Assembly (NCBI GenBank): GCA_964459995.1
Contig: CAYWOR010000001.1
Location: forward strand, 79,496 to 143,495
Reading direction: 5' to 3'
Length of the DNA stretch: 64,000 nucleotides
Origin: an uncultured bacterium
Lineage (GTDB): Bacteria > UBP14 > UBA6098
The position numbers and the translations under genes are program-made. Below, in pieces: positions 28,940 to 39,239 of this stretch (within the stretch, counting starts at the first letter, position 1; the number at the start of each line of letters is the position of its first letter). The notes under the pieces are model-generated. The model worked only from the letters and a program-made list of their open reading frames with translations, did no database searches and was not told the origin of the DNA.

Positions 28940-29896
28940 TTAGACCGCCTTTGTCGCGAGAAGGTCGTGAAGATGGACCAGCCCCTTGACCACACCGTTT
29001 TCGAGAACCGGCAACGCCGTGATTTTACGTTGTTCCATCAGCCTTACTGCTTCTTCGACGATTATGTTCGGCTCGACAACCACCGGATTTGATGTCGAGA
29101 ATTCGACGAGCTTCATTCCGGAGATATCTTCGTGCGGATGCGCCTGTAAAAGCCTCCTCAGGTCGCCGTCGGAAAAAATCCCGCGAAGTTCGTTATTCTC
29201 GATAATAAGAACATGCCCAAACCTTCCGGTGCTCATTGCGATTATGCCGTCGAGCACAGATGCCTCGGGACTCACGACCGGCAGACCTTTTCCTGTGTGC
29301 ATCACTTCGGAAATTCGCCTAAGCTGATGGCCTATTTTCCCTCCGGGGTGGAAAACCGCGAAATTCTCGCGTGTGAATCCGCGCTTCATCATTAACACAA
29401 CAGCAAGCGCGTCTCCAACCGCGAGAGTCGCCACCGCCGAGGTTGTCGGCACCATACCGAAAGGCTCGTCACGCTCGTTCACAAAGGTTTCAAGCACGAC
29501 ATCGGATTCGCGCCCAAGCTCCGATTTCGGGTCGTTCGTAATCGAGATAATCTTAACTCCAAGCCGTTTAAGCGGCGGAACGAGATTAAGAACCTCGGGC
29601 GTGTTGCCGCTTTTTGAGATCATCAGAGCGCAATCATGACAGGTTATCGTGCCGAGATCGCCATGGAGAGCCTCCGCGGCGTGCACAAAGAAGCTCGAAG
29701 TCCCAGTGGAAGCCAGCGTCGCGGCGATTTTCCGGCCGATAATTCCGCTTTTGCCCATGCCGATTACAATCACCCTGCCGTCGCAATTCAGACAAATATC
29801 CGCCGCCTCGATAACGCTGTCCTCGATTTTGCCGATAAGCGCGCCTATGGCGTCAGATTCGCATCGAAGCAGTTTTGAGATAGATTTGCGCAACAT
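28940..29896 (-). CDS. kdsD: Arabinose-5-phosphate isomerase KpsF/KdsD (SIS plus tandem CBS domains)
   Basis: SIS motifs VIGMGKSGIIG, ISKSGNTPE; C-terminal CBS pair. Confidence 0.8.
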   Translation of the reverse strand: MLRKSISKLLRCESDAIGALIGKIEDSVIEAADICLNCDGRVIVIGMGKSGIIGRKIAATLASTGTSSFFVHAAEALHGDLGTITCHDCALMISKSGNTPEVLNLVPPLKRLGVKIISITNDPKSELGRESDVVLETFVNERDEPFGMVPTTSAVATLAVGDALAVVLMMKRGFTRENFAVFHPGGKIGHQLRRISEVMHTGKGLPVVSPEASVLDGIIAMSTGRFGHVLIIENNELRGIFSDGDLRRLLQAHPHEDISGMKLVEFSTSNPVVVEPNIIVEEAVRLMEQRKITALPVLENGVVKGLVHLHDLLATKAV

Positions 29897-30667
29897 TTAA
29901 AACTCCAATCCCGGCAACTCCGGAAAAGCGGGGGGCTTGCGTTTGAAATCGCTCGATTCGTATCTCGAAATCACTAAATCGATATTTGCCGGCTCAAAAC
30001 CTTTAGTGATAAGCTCTTCCGGGTCGGTGCCCTCGTCGAAAAGAGCGTGGATAATTCGATCGGCCTCGGCGTATGTGATTCCCATCTCGCCCTCGTCGGT
30101 TTGGTCTTTCCAAAGGTCTGCTGTGGGGGTTTTCGCGATAATCCATTCCGGAAGGCCCATGTGCCGCGCCAATTCGCGCTCCTGAGTTTTCAGAAGCCCG
30201 CCGAGCGGAGTGAAAGCACAGGCCGCATCGCCCCACATCGTGAAATATCCCATAATCCGCTCTGTGCGGTTGCCGGTGCCGACAACCAGAAGGTTGCGCT
30301 CAGCCGAAATGTCGTAGAGATAAATCATTCGGACTCGAGCGCAAATATTTCCGAGACGAAGATTTGAAATGCTCGACCGTGAGGAAGCGATCGCATCGAC
30401 TGCGGGTGTGATTTCTTGTATTTCGAGATTCAGGCCGAGATGATGTGCGATTTTGTGCGCGTCTTCGAGGCTCGAAGGATTGCTGTGGCAATACGGCATC
30501 GCCACAACATGGATTTTTTCCGCACCGAGCGCTTCTACTGCAAGCCCGGCCACCACCGAGGAATCCAACCCGCCGGAAAGGCCCATAACAACGCCCTTCG
30601 CCGAACTGGAAGCCAAATATTCCGCGATAAAATCGACGATTGACCTGTGTGCCTCAGATATTTTCAT
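29897..30667 (-). CDS. nadE: NH3-dependent NAD+ synthetase
   Basis: PP-loop SGGLDSS; 256 aa. Confidence 0.8.
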   Translation of the reverse strand: MKISEAHRSIVDFIAEYLASSSAKGVVMGLSGGLDSSVVAGLAVEALGAEKIHVVAMPYCHSNPSSLEDAHKIAHHLGLNLEIQEITPAVDAIASSRSSISNLRLGNICARVRMIYLYDISAERNLLVVGTGNRTERIMGYFTMWGDAACAFTPLGGLLKTQERELARHMGLPEWIIAKTPTADLWKDQTDEGEMGITYAEADRIIHALFDEGTDPEELITKGFEPANIDLVISRYESSDFKRKPPAFPELPGLEF

Positions 30668-31091
30668 CGTCCTCCTCGAGGTAAATATCTCCGCTCATAG
30701 CAGAAATTCGCGCCTCGATGTCGGTCTCGCTGAAAAGCTCTCCAGAGCCGATTCCCGGACAGAAAGCCGCGGTTTTACGCCATGATTCCTCGTTGGCGAG
30801 ATTATCCGGCCAAAAGGGGAAAGTTCTGCACTGGAGAGGTCTTTTGTCATAAACCTTGCACCCGATTTTTTCATCGAAAAAGATGCAATCGCCGTTAGGG
30901 AAGCTTTTTAGCACCACAAATTTGTCCACAACCTCGGTATAAAGCCGTCGGAATTCCTCATCGGGCAGTTCGGTTTTCTCGATAAGACGCTCGAGGTCGT
31001 GCCGCGAAATCCAAACATAACCGTCCTTAATTCTGCAACACTCACCGCAGAAAGCACACGCGAATTTTAGACCATGCTTATAAAAACTCAT
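30654..31091 (-). CDS. YkgJ-family cysteine-cluster protein (CxxCxxCC)
   Basis: FACAFCGECCR motif plus additional conserved Cys; 145 aa. Confidence 0.6.
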   Translation of the reverse strand: MSFYKHGLKFACAFCGECCRIKDGYVWISRHDLERLIEKTELPDEEFRRLYTEVVDKFVVLKSFPNGDCIFFDEKIGCKVYDKRPLQCRTFPFWPDNLANEESWRKTAAFCPGIGSGELFSETDIEARISAMSGDIYLEEDDENI

Positions 31092-31172
31092 AAAAACCTA
31101 CCAGCTAACTTGAAAAACAATTCAAAATCCATATAATCTAAATCTTAGTGAGAATCAGAAAGGCAACTCTGA

Positions 31173-31940
31173 ATGAAAGTTATCAATTTGGCGAGCGGTT
31201 CTTCGGGGAACTGCTCCTACATCGAGGCCGACGGCACACGCATCCTTATCGACTGCGGCATTTCAGCCTCTGCGGCGGCGAAAGAGCTGGATAAGAACGG
31301 CATCTCCGCGGACTCCATTCAAGGCATATTTATAAGCCACGAACATCACGACCACATCGACGGAGCTTTCGCCTTCTCGAAGAAGTTCAAAAAGCCTCTC
31401 TATATGAATCTCGGCACCTATGCCGCAACGAATCACAAACTCAACGGCTCCGAAATCAGGCATTTCGCAACAGGCGATGTCCTCCCCTTCGGCAATGTTG
31501 ACATCCAATTCTTCCCTGTTTCGCACGACACTGCCGATCCGGTGGGGTTCAGAATCCACTCCGACGAGGGCGAGATAGTCCACGCCACAGATTTTGGTAT
31601 CGCCAACAACGGCCTCGGCGACTATTTCAATTCGGCGCGAATGATCCTGATGGATTTCAACCACGACATGGAAATGCTTATCAAAGGGCCTTATCCTATC
31701 TTTTTAAAAGAGCGAATAGCCGGCAACCGCGGCCATTTGTCTAACGAGGCGGCTTCTAAGTTTCTCGCGGAGCTTGAATTGCCGAATCTTGAAGCCCTCA
31801 TCCTCGCTCACATTTCCAGAACCAACAATGTTCCCACAGTGGCTCGTGCGACTGTTATGAACGCATTCGCAAACCGTCCGCGGACGCCGAAAATTCTTAC
31901 AGCGGATCAATACCGATCCGTCGCGGTAGAAACTTCCTAA
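31173..31940 (+). CDS. MBL-fold metallo-hydrolase (YycJ-like)
   Basis: MKVINLASGSSGNCSYIEADGTRILIDCG, HEHHDH metal-binding motif. Confidence 0.7.
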   Translation: MKVINLASGSSGNCSYIEADGTRILIDCGISASAAAKELDKNGISADSIQGIFISHEHHDHIDGAFAFSKKFKKPLYMNLGTYAATNHKLNGSEIRHFATGDVLPFGNVDIQFFPVSHDTADPVGFRIHSDEGEIVHATDFGIANNGLGDYFNSARMILMDFNHDMEMLIKGPYPIFLKERIAGNRGHLSNEAASKFLAELELPNLEALILAHISRTNNVPTVARATVMNAFANRPRTPKILTADQYRSVAVETS

Positions 31941-34414
31941 ATATCCAGCGTCGTTTCTTCAGGCTCGGAGCTTTCCTCGTCGCTCTCGACCACCCTCGCG
32001 ATACCGGAGACTTTGCCGTCGCCCCTCACTCGCATTATACGAACACCCTGAGTCGATCTGCCGTAGGAGCTGATTTCATCGACCCGCGTGCGTATAAGAA
32101 TGCCATCTGAGGCGATGACGATAATCTCGTCTCCCGGCTCGACAATAAGAGCGCCAACGACATTTCCGGTCTTTTTTGAAACCTTATGCCCGATAATTCC
32201 CATTCCGGCGCGGTGCTGAAGGCGGTATTCCTCGATGGGCGTGCGTTTGCCATAGCCGTTCTCGGTGATTGTGAGCATATCCTGATTCTCTTCGGTAACA
32301 TTGAGCATCCCGACAACCTCATCGTCGCCCTGAAGGCTGATTCCATTAACACCGGCGGCGCTACGCCCCATAGTTCTAACCTCGCCCAGTTCGAACCGGA
32401 TAGATTTGCCCTGTTTGGTAATAAGCACTATGTTTTCGTCGGCCTTTTCCACCGACCGAACGCCCATAAGCTCGTCGCCATCGTTGATACCGATTGCAAT
32501 GACCCCGTTTTTGCGCGCATTGCTGAAATCTGCAAGATTGGTTCGTTTGACTCTGCCCTGTTTGGTGCAGAAGAAAATGTCCTTGTTTTCGTCGAACTCT
32601 CGGATACGGCAACAGGAAGCAATACAATCGCCGGAGTTTATATTAATAAGGTTAGCGATTGCGAGACCCCTCGCGATGCGCGAGAATTCGGGTATCTCGA
32701 AAACGCGCAGTGAATAGACCTTGCCCTGTGTGGTGAAAATGAGAATAATATCATGGTTCGTCGCTGTGAATAGGCTTTCGACGAAATCCTCGTCGCGAGT
32801 TGACATGGCGTTGATTCCTCGACCGCCGCGACGCTGACTGCGATAGATGCTCGCCGGTGTCCGCTTGATATAGCCGCGATGGGTTACGCTGACAACCACC
32901 TCTTCATCGACGAAGAAATCCTCTTCGTTCATCTCTTCGGCATTCGGCACGATTTGCGTGCGCCGCGGATCGCCGTATTTTTCCTTGATATAAGCCAAAT
33001 CTTCTTTTATAAGCGCTAAAACCTTGCGTTCGTCATCGAGAATCTCTTCGAGGTATTTTATAAGGCGCAGTGTGTCCTCGAGATCCGAGACGATTTTGTC
33101 GCGTTCGAGGCCGGTGAGCCTTGCCAAGCGCATGTCGAGAATCGCCTTGGCCTGTCTTTCGCTGAGGTCGAGTTTTGACTGAAGCTTTTCCGAAGCCTCC
33201 TGGACAGTTCTCGATTTACGGATAATCTCGACCACAGTGTCGATATTCTCTATGGCGATCTTGAGGCCCTGAAGGATATGCGCTTTCTCGCGCGCCTTCT
33301 CGAGGTCGAATATTGTCCGGCGGATGATTACCTGCCTGCGATGCTCAATGAACTCGGCCAGCACCTGTTTAAGCTTCATCTCGACAGGTTTTTGCCCAAC
33401 GAGGCCGAGCATAATGACCCCGAAATTCTCCGACATCCTCGTGAGTTTGAACAGCTTGTTCAGTGTAACCTGAGCATTCTCGCCGCGCTTCAGCTCGATA
33501 TAGATGCGCATTCCTTGGCGGTCGGATTCGTCGCGAAGATCGGCGATAGATTCGATACGTTTATCCTTCACGAGGTCGGCAATCTGTTGAATGAGCGTCG
33601 ATTTGTTGACCTGATACGGGATTTCATTGATGATGATAGCGTCTTTTCCGCTTTTCGTCGAAGGCTCTACATAAGCGCGCGCCCGCATCGTGATTGTCCC
33701 CCTGCCGGTTTCGTAGGCTTCTTTGATTCCGGAGGTGCCCAAAATCAGGCCGCCGGTGGGGAAATCCGGACCGGGTATGAACTGCATAAGCTCCGCTGTA
33801 GTGGCTTTCGGGTTATCGACAAGATAAACAAGCGCGTCGCAAACCTCGCCGAGATTGTGCGGAGGAACATTTGTGGCCATTCCGACCGCGATTCCCGAAT
33901 TGCCGTTGACAAGAAAATTCGGAAAACGCGAGGGGAGAACCTCCGGCTCGGAGAGCGAGTTATCATAGTTCGGCACGAAATCGACGGTGTTTTTGTCGAT
34001 GTCCGCGAGAAGTTCCTCGCCGAGTTCACGCATTCTGACCTCGGTATAACGCATCGCCGCGGCCATGTCGCCATCGACCGAGCCGAAATTCCCCTGCCCG
34101 TCGATGATTGTGTATCTCATTCGGAAATCCTGTGCGAGTCGGACAATAGTGTCATAAATCGCGGCATCGGAATGGGGGTGGTATTTTCCCATGACATCAC
34201 CAACAACACGTGCCGATTTGACATAGGCTCGATTGTGAAGTAATCCCATGTCGAACATGGCGAACATACAACGTCTGTGAACCGGTTTCATGCCGTCGCG
34301 AACATCTGGAAGGGCACGGCTGATAATCGTGCTCATGGCGTAATCCATGTAGCTACGCTTCATTTCATCTTCGATATCGATCGGATATATATCGCCGAAT
34401 GGTTTGTCGGTCAT
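31937..34414 (-). CDS. gyrA: DNA gyrase subunit A
   Basis: Active-site region [30 protein letters not shown]; GyrA-box QRRGGRG; acidic C-terminal tail; 825 aa. Confidence 0.9.
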   Translation of the reverse strand: MTDKPFGDIYPIDIEDEMKRSYMDYAMSTIISRALPDVRDGMKPVHRRCMFAMFDMGLLHNRAYVKSARVVGDVMGKYHPHSDAAIYDTIVRLAQDFRMRYTIIDGQGNFGSVDGDMAAAMRYTEVRMRELGEELLADIDKNTVDFVPNYDNSLSEPEVLPSRFPNFLVNGNSGIAVGMATNVPPHNLGEVCDALVYLVDNPKATTAELMQFIPGPDFPTGGLILGTSGIKEAYETGRGTITMRARAYVEPSTKSGKDAIIINEIPYQVNKSTLIQQIADLVKDKRIESIADLRDESDRQGMRIYIELKRGENAQVTLNKLFKLTRMSENFGVIMLGLVGQKPVEMKLKQVLAEFIEHRRQVIIRRTIFDLEKAREKAHILQGLKIAIENIDTVVEIIRKSRTVQEASEKLQSKLDLSERQAKAILDMRLARLTGLERDKIVSDLEDTLRLIKYLEEILDDERKVLALIKEDLAYIKEKYGDPRRTQIVPNAEEMNEEDFFVDEEVVVSVTHRGYIKRTPASIYRSQRRGGRGINAMSTRDEDFVESLFTATNHDIILIFTTQGKVYSLRVFEIPEFSRIARGLAIANLININSGDCIASCCRIREFDENKDIFFCTKQGRVKRTNLADFSNARKNGVIAIGINDGDELMGVRSVEKADENIVLITKQGKSIRFELGEVRTMGRSAAGVNGISLQGDDEVVGMLNVTEENQDMLTITENGYGKRTPIEEYRLQHRAGMGIIGHKVSKKTGNVVGALIVEPGDEIIVIASDGILIRTRVDEISSYGRSTQGVRIMRVRGDGKVSGIARVVESDEESSEPEETTLDI

Positions 34415-34615
34415 TTTTCAGCCTTTCGGAAGCTGTTTTACGAACTTTTTGACACTTATCCCCTCTTTGGGGGAGATTTTGTTCAATATAATATAGTAAT
34501 AGAAAAAATCAAGAGCAAAATTACCTTTAAATCCATATTTTTGCGATATTTGAAGCCGATTTGAGCAGGTTCGATTCGATTTCGATTGTCTTGAGAAATT
34601 TCATAATAATTTACT

Positions 34616-34651
34616 TTGACCAAAAGCGCTTAATGGGCTATTGTATAGGCG
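34616..34651 (+). promoter_or_regulatory. Sigma70-like promoter upstream of recD2 with -10 element 7 nt from the ATG (possible leaderless transcript)
   Basis: TTGACC (34616-34621), 17-nt spacer, TATTGT (34639-34644), 7 nt, ATG at 34652; no Shine-Dalgarno. Confidence 0.35.
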
Positions 34652-36838
34652 ATGCAAGAGGAAATCACCGAAATAAATGGAATTATCGAGCGGATAACCT
34701 ATTCCAACGAGGAAAACGGCTATGCCGTTCTGCGCCTTCGTTTGGGAAGCGGGCAGATGGCGACGGTCGTCGGAAGGCTGGATATGCGCCGTCCGGGGGA
34801 ATATCTATGTGCGAATGGGAAATGGATTTTTAATCCTCAATACGGCCGGCAATTCGAGGCGGAGTCCTATTCGATTGGTGCCCCGCCGGACAACGATTCG
34901 CTCATGCGCTATCTCGCCAGCGATGTAATCGACGGCATCGGCCAAGAAATGGCGCGGCGGCTGGTCGAGCATTTCGGCGGAGATTTCATGCGCATCGTCC
35001 GCGAAGAGCCGCAAAGGCTCACCGAGGTCGAGGGAATAGGTCGAAAACGCGCCACGCAGATTCGCAAATCACTCCTTAGCGAAGACCGCGAACAGAGAGC
35101 GCTTAGAGAGCTTTCCACGAGGTTGATGGGGTTCGGAATCGGCCCCGCTAAAATACGAAAAATCTACCGCGCCTACCGCGATGCCGCCCTCGATTATCTT
35201 CATCGCGACCCCTACCGCCTCATCGACGAGATAGACGGTTTCGGCTTTACAACCGCAGATATGATAGCCTCGCGGATGAATGTCGCGCCGGACTCGCCCT
35301 CGCGACTAAAAGCAGGCCTCGTTTATGTCCTTGAAAACGCTTCCGGCGAAGGGAACTGCTATCTCGAAAAAAGCGAACTGCTCGAGCAAGCGAGAAAATT
35401 GCTCGCCGTCGAAGGTGCGAAAATCGAAAATGCCTTCGTAAAATTAGCCGATTCACAGGCTGTGGTAGAGGAGAATGGCCGAGTCTATATCGCGAGGTTT
35501 TTCGATTTGGAATGCTCCGTCGCGAATGTGATTGTCGAATTTCTGCGCGCAAAGGGACGAAGTCTGCCAATCGGGACCATTCGTCGCGGCCTCGAAAATG
35601 TGCAAAAAGATTGCGATATCGAGTTCACACACGAGCAAAGAGGCGCAGTTGAGAACATTCTCAGCGAGAATCAAATTCAAATCCTCACCGGCGGCCCCGG
35701 CACGGGAAAAACAACCATCATTCGCGCGGTAGCAAAAATCGCAGATGCAAACCGATGGAACATCGCACTTTGCGCGCCCACAGGAAGAGCCGCACAGAGG
35801 CTCTCAGAAGCGGTTGATATGCCGGCATACACTATCCACCGTCTGCTAAATTTCCGCCCCGACCAGATTTCCGAGCTTGCAGTGCGGAAGTTGAACGTGG
35901 ATTTAATTGTCATCGACGAGATGAGCATGGTGGATTTGGAGCTTTTCAGCGTGGTGCTCTCCGCGCTCGATTCCGGCTGTAAAATCCTATTAGTGGGAGA
36001 TTCCGACCAGCTCCCCAGCGTCGGCCCGGGGCGTATCCTCGGCGACCTTATCGATTCCGCCGCGGTGCCGGTTGTCAAATTATCCCTAATCCACCGTCAG
36101 GCCGTAAAAAGCAGAATAATAGCCGAATCGCACAACATCATCCGAGGTCTTGTGCCCTCGATTAGGAACAACCCCGGCTCCGATTTCTTTTTCCTATGCG
36201 AGGAAGACCGCGAATTAGGCCTTCAGACGGTTATCGACCTCGTCTCGCATCGTTTGCCGACAAAATACGGATTCGATTCGAAACGAGATATTCAGGTAAT
36301 CGTGCCGATGTATAAAGGTGTCTGCGGCGCGAACGAGCTTAATAAAGGCATTCGCGAGATTCTGAATCGCGGGTCATTAAATGACCCGGAAGTCCATTTT
36401 CTCGCCGGCGACAAAGTGATGCAAATCAAGAACAACTACGATCTCGGCGTTTTTAACGGTGATATCGGCATTGTGGCTTCGGTAAACCGCGAGGAGGAGG
36501 AGATTCATGTCGATTTTGGCCGATCGGGCATAGCCTCATATTCGCGCGAGGACCTCGCCCAGCTAACACTCGCCTATGCAATCACGGTTCATAAATCGCA
36601 GGGAAGCGAGGTGCCCTGCGTGGTGATTCCACTCTATACCGAGCATTTCATGCTTCTGCGAAGAAAATTGTTATATACCGCAATCACCCGTGCTAAAGAG
36701 CTTTGCGTGATTGTCGGCCAACCACGCGCGCTTGAACTCGCTGTCCAACGAAGCATCGAAGACCATCGCAACACAGGCCTCGCCGAAAGGCTTCGGAAAA
36801 AAATCGCACACCGGAACGAGATTCCCGAACTCGATTAA
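34652..36838 (+). CDS. recD2: ATP-dependent RecD-like DNA helicase (RecD2, SF1B)
   Basis: Helicase motifs TGGPGTGKTT, DEMSMVD, VGDSDQLPSVGPG, ITVHKSQGSE; N-terminal extension typical of RecD2. Confidence 0.85.
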   Translation: MQEEITEINGIIERITYSNEENGYAVLRLRLGSGQMATVVGRLDMRRPGEYLCANGKWIFNPQYGRQFEAESYSIGAPPDNDSLMRYLASDVIDGIGQEMARRLVEHFGGDFMRIVREEPQRLTEVEGIGRKRATQIRKSLLSEDREQRALRELSTRLMGFGIGPAKIRKIYRAYRDAALDYLHRDPYRLIDEIDGFGFTTADMIASRMNVAPDSPSRLKAGLVYVLENASGEGNCYLEKSELLEQARKLLAVEGAKIENAFVKLADSQAVVEENGRVYIARFFDLECSVANVIVEFLRAKGRSLPIGTIRRGLENVQKDCDIEFTHEQRGAVENILSENQIQILTGGPGTGKTTIIRAVAKIADANRWNIALCAPTGRAAQRLSEAVDMPAYTIHRLLNFRPDQISELAVRKLNVDLIVIDEMSMVDLELFSVVLSALDSGCKILLVGDSDQLPSVGPGRILGDLIDSAAVPVVKLSLIHRQAVKSRIIAESHNIIRGLVPSIRNNPGSDFFFLCEEDRELGLQTVIDLVSHRLPTKYGFDSKRDIQVIVPMYKGVCGANELNKGIREILNRGSLNDPEVHFLAGDKVMQIKNNYDLGVFNGDIGIVASVNREEEEIHVDFGRSGIASYSREDLAQLTLAYAITVHKSQGSEVPCVVIPLYTEHFMLLRRKLLYTAITRAKELCVIVGQPRALELAVQRSIEDHRNTGLAERLRKKIAHRNEIPELD

Positions 36839-36866
36839 CCCAAGATTTGTCAGAAATTCAGTGGAA

Positions 36867-38429
36867 TCAACTGCCGAAAACAGTTCGCCACATGAAGAAG
36901 GCTATTGCGAAGAAAATGCCGGCGGTCAGAAGTTTGATTGTCGGCGTGTTCTTTTTGAGGAAATTTGTCAGCTGTTCGCTGGTCGTGCCGAAAAACACAA
37001 CCGCGAAAACGCCAATCAGCGGGATTATAAACATCAAATTATACAGGAAAAGGTAGAAAACAGCCTTTGTTTTAAGTCCCGGCGCGCCCATCACATAGAT
37101 AATTGTCGGAAGATAAACCTGCCCTGTGCAAGCCATCTCGAGGATGCTCACAAAAAAGCCGGTAGTGATCGAGGCGAAAACGATATTCCTACGCGCGCGC
37201 GGCTCGTTCTCTGAGATGATTACCTTGTGAATTCGCTTTTTAAGCTTGTCGGGAAGCTGAAGGGTCATCTCGGCGAACTCGCCCTTGCGGCTTCGGAAGA
37301 AATCATATATCGAAAGCACCCCGAGAGCAAGAACCAGAACACCTGTGGCCATATAAATCCATCTCGCGATGACATGAATGAATGGCAACGCTTGCATGAA
37401 CTTCAAAAAGCCTGTGCCGACGAGAAAATATGTCAGGAATACCGATAGTGTGAAAGCGATGCCAACCATAAGTATTTCGCGGCGTTTACGATTAACCACG
37501 GTGAGGAAAGTAACGAAGAATATAATCGCTCCGAAAGCGCAAGGGTTTACGCCGTCGATTAAACCGGCACCGAGAACCGGAAGAATCTGGAAACGCTGGA
37601 ATCGGGTGCGAATCCTCTCGTCGGCCTGAGCAAGCTCGGCTTCGGTTGCAATCCATACTGAGTCCATAAAAGCCGAGTTTTCCAGCTTAACCACCGCCTC
37701 TTCGACAGCGCGGAAACTTATCTGGCTCGTAACGAAATATGTATCCGGCAAGAAAATCGTCGGGGTCGCCAGATGGAGGTTTTCCGGCACTCCGAGGCGA
37801 TAAGCCAACACCTCGGCGAGAAGCTTCGCATCCTTTTCCTCGATATTAAAATCGCGTATAACGAGCGTAGGATGGTATCTCTGCAGAAGTTGAAGGTCAT
37901 AGGTTACCCTCGAACAATGCTGGCATCCGGGTTCCCAGAAGAAGGCCATTGTTACGGTTTGTATTGACTCTTGCGCGGCCTTTTGGAGCGTATCTTCACC
38001 CTCAGCAGGCTGAGACGACGTAGTATCGGGGCTCAAAGTGTCAGCGACTTTTATCTGCGAATGGGCGTCGTGATAATTGTTGCCTAATAGATATGTAAGG
38101 TAGGGCAAGAACCGCTCCGTTACCTCGTCTCCGCCGAAAACACTATCCCCGATGAAAACGACCGGGACCTCATTGTTCTCGTCGCCGAATTCACGTTCCA
38201 TTTGAATAAGACGTTCGTAATTATCGAGATTGTCCTCGATTTCGTTAGTTTGAAGCGTGATTCGTCCGGGGTAGTTTGCGAAAATCGGCGGGAAATACTC
38301 CTCGATAACCTCTTTGCAGTGTTCGCAGGTCTTCGAGTAGAAAACGATGACATCCACGCGCTCCAGCGGCAAAGCCGTGCCTGCGATGCAAAACAGAAGC
38401 ATTATTATAGCGAAGTTATATCGCATCAA
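36867..38429 (-). CDS. DsbD/CcdA-type thiol:disulfide interchange membrane protein with two N-terminal periplasmic thioredoxin-like domains
   Basis: Signal peptide; CxxC motifs YSKTCEHCKE and WEPGCQHCSR; DsbD TM-domain cysteines in GVNPCAFGAI and LEMACTGQVYLP. Confidence 0.7.
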   Translation of the reverse strand: MMRYNFAIIMLLFCIAGTALPLERVDVIVFYSKTCEHCKEVIEEYFPPIFANYPGRITLQTNEIEDNLDNYERLIQMEREFGDENNEVPVVFIGDSVFGGDEVTERFLPYLTYLLGNNYHDAHSQIKVADTLSPDTTSSQPAEGEDTLQKAAQESIQTVTMAFFWEPGCQHCSRVTYDLQLLQRYHPTLVIRDFNIEEKDAKLLAEVLAYRLGVPENLHLATPTIFLPDTYFVTSQISFRAVEEAVVKLENSAFMDSVWIATEAELAQADERIRTRFQRFQILPVLGAGLIDGVNPCAFGAIIFFVTFLTVVNRKRREILMVGIAFTLSVFLTYFLVGTGFLKFMQALPFIHVIARWIYMATGVLVLALGVLSIYDFFRSRKGEFAEMTLQLPDKLKKRIHKVIISENEPRARRNIVFASITTGFFVSILEMACTGQVYLPTIIYVMGAPGLKTKAVFYLFLYNLMFIIPLIGVFAVVFFGTTSEQLTNFLKKNTPTIKLLTAGIFFAIAFFMWRTVFGS

Positions 38430-38456
38430 TCACTTAGACATCTCGTCTGTCAGAGT

Positions 38457-39239
38457 TTATTGCGGGCCGGAGCCTTTGACCGGAATAGTGAAAAACAGGG
38501 GGTCGCCCGGAATTCCCTTGGCTTCCAAAGTAACCGAAGCCTTAATATATGTAGCCGCGCAGTCATAATCAGTGCAAAGTTCGAGAGTAAGCTCGGTCGA
38601 TTTGCCCGGCTTGAGTTTTTTGTCCTTCAGCTTCGGAACGCCGAAAACATCGGCGGTATAATCGATTATTTCAAGCTCCACTTCGGACTCGGTCGGGTTC
38701 TCGATTTTGAAAACCATCTGCTTTGGCGGATCCTCACCGCGCGGAATATCGAGCGCTCTCGGGACGACATTCAACGGCAGGCCGGTGCTGTCCATATCGG
38801 CGGAGAATGTTACGCGAATGCTTCTATTCACGGGGTCGTTGCTGTTGATAATGGCGCTTTTAGATGTTTTATGAAAATACCTCGCGCTATTGAAAACAAC
38901 CGTAACCTCAGTCTCTTCGCCGGGTTCGAGTTGCATCTTTTTCATTGGGGCGTTGGTGCATCCGCAGGTTGTTCTGACGCGCTGAATTCTCAGCTCGCCC
39001 TCGCCGGCATTGCGGACTTTGAAAGAATGGACGAGGTAGTAACCCTCGGGTGAAAAACCGAAATCGAAGCGCTGTTCGGGCACTACTATTTCGGGTTGGG
39101 GGCCGGTCAAATCAACCGGAAATTCTTCGTCTTCGGTCATCTGCTCATTCTGAGCGAAAACCGGGGCGAAAAGTAGGATCATCATGATTGAGATCAATGT
39201 CCACTTCGCCATCATTTTCTCCTTGTTGAGAATTGTCAT
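38457..39239 (-). CDS. DUF1573 domain-containing secreted protein
   Basis: Signal peptide; RVRTTCGCTNAP DUF1573-type CxC motif; ATG overlaps lpd stop (ATGA). Confidence 0.6.
   Translation of the reverse strand: MTILNKEKMMAKWTLISIMMILLFAPVFAQNEQMTEDEEFPVDLTGPQPEIVVPEQRFDFGFSPEGYYLVHSFKVRNAGEGELRIQRVRTTCGCTNAPMKKMQLEPGEETEVTVVFNSARYFHKTSKSAIINSNDPVNRSIRVTFSADMDSTGLPLNVVPRALDIPRGEDPPKQMVFKIENPTESEVELEIIDYTADVFGVPKLKDKKLKPGKSTELTLELCTDYDCAATYIKASVTLEAKGIPGDPLFFTIPVKGSGPQ

Noticed and set aside
33278-34243. 321-aa ORF on the plus strand
   Set aside because: Antisense to the unambiguous gyrA coding region; shadow ORF.
38202-39053. 283-aa ORF on the plus strand
   Set aside because: Antisense to the DsbD-like and DUF1573 genes; low-complexity translation; shadow ORF.
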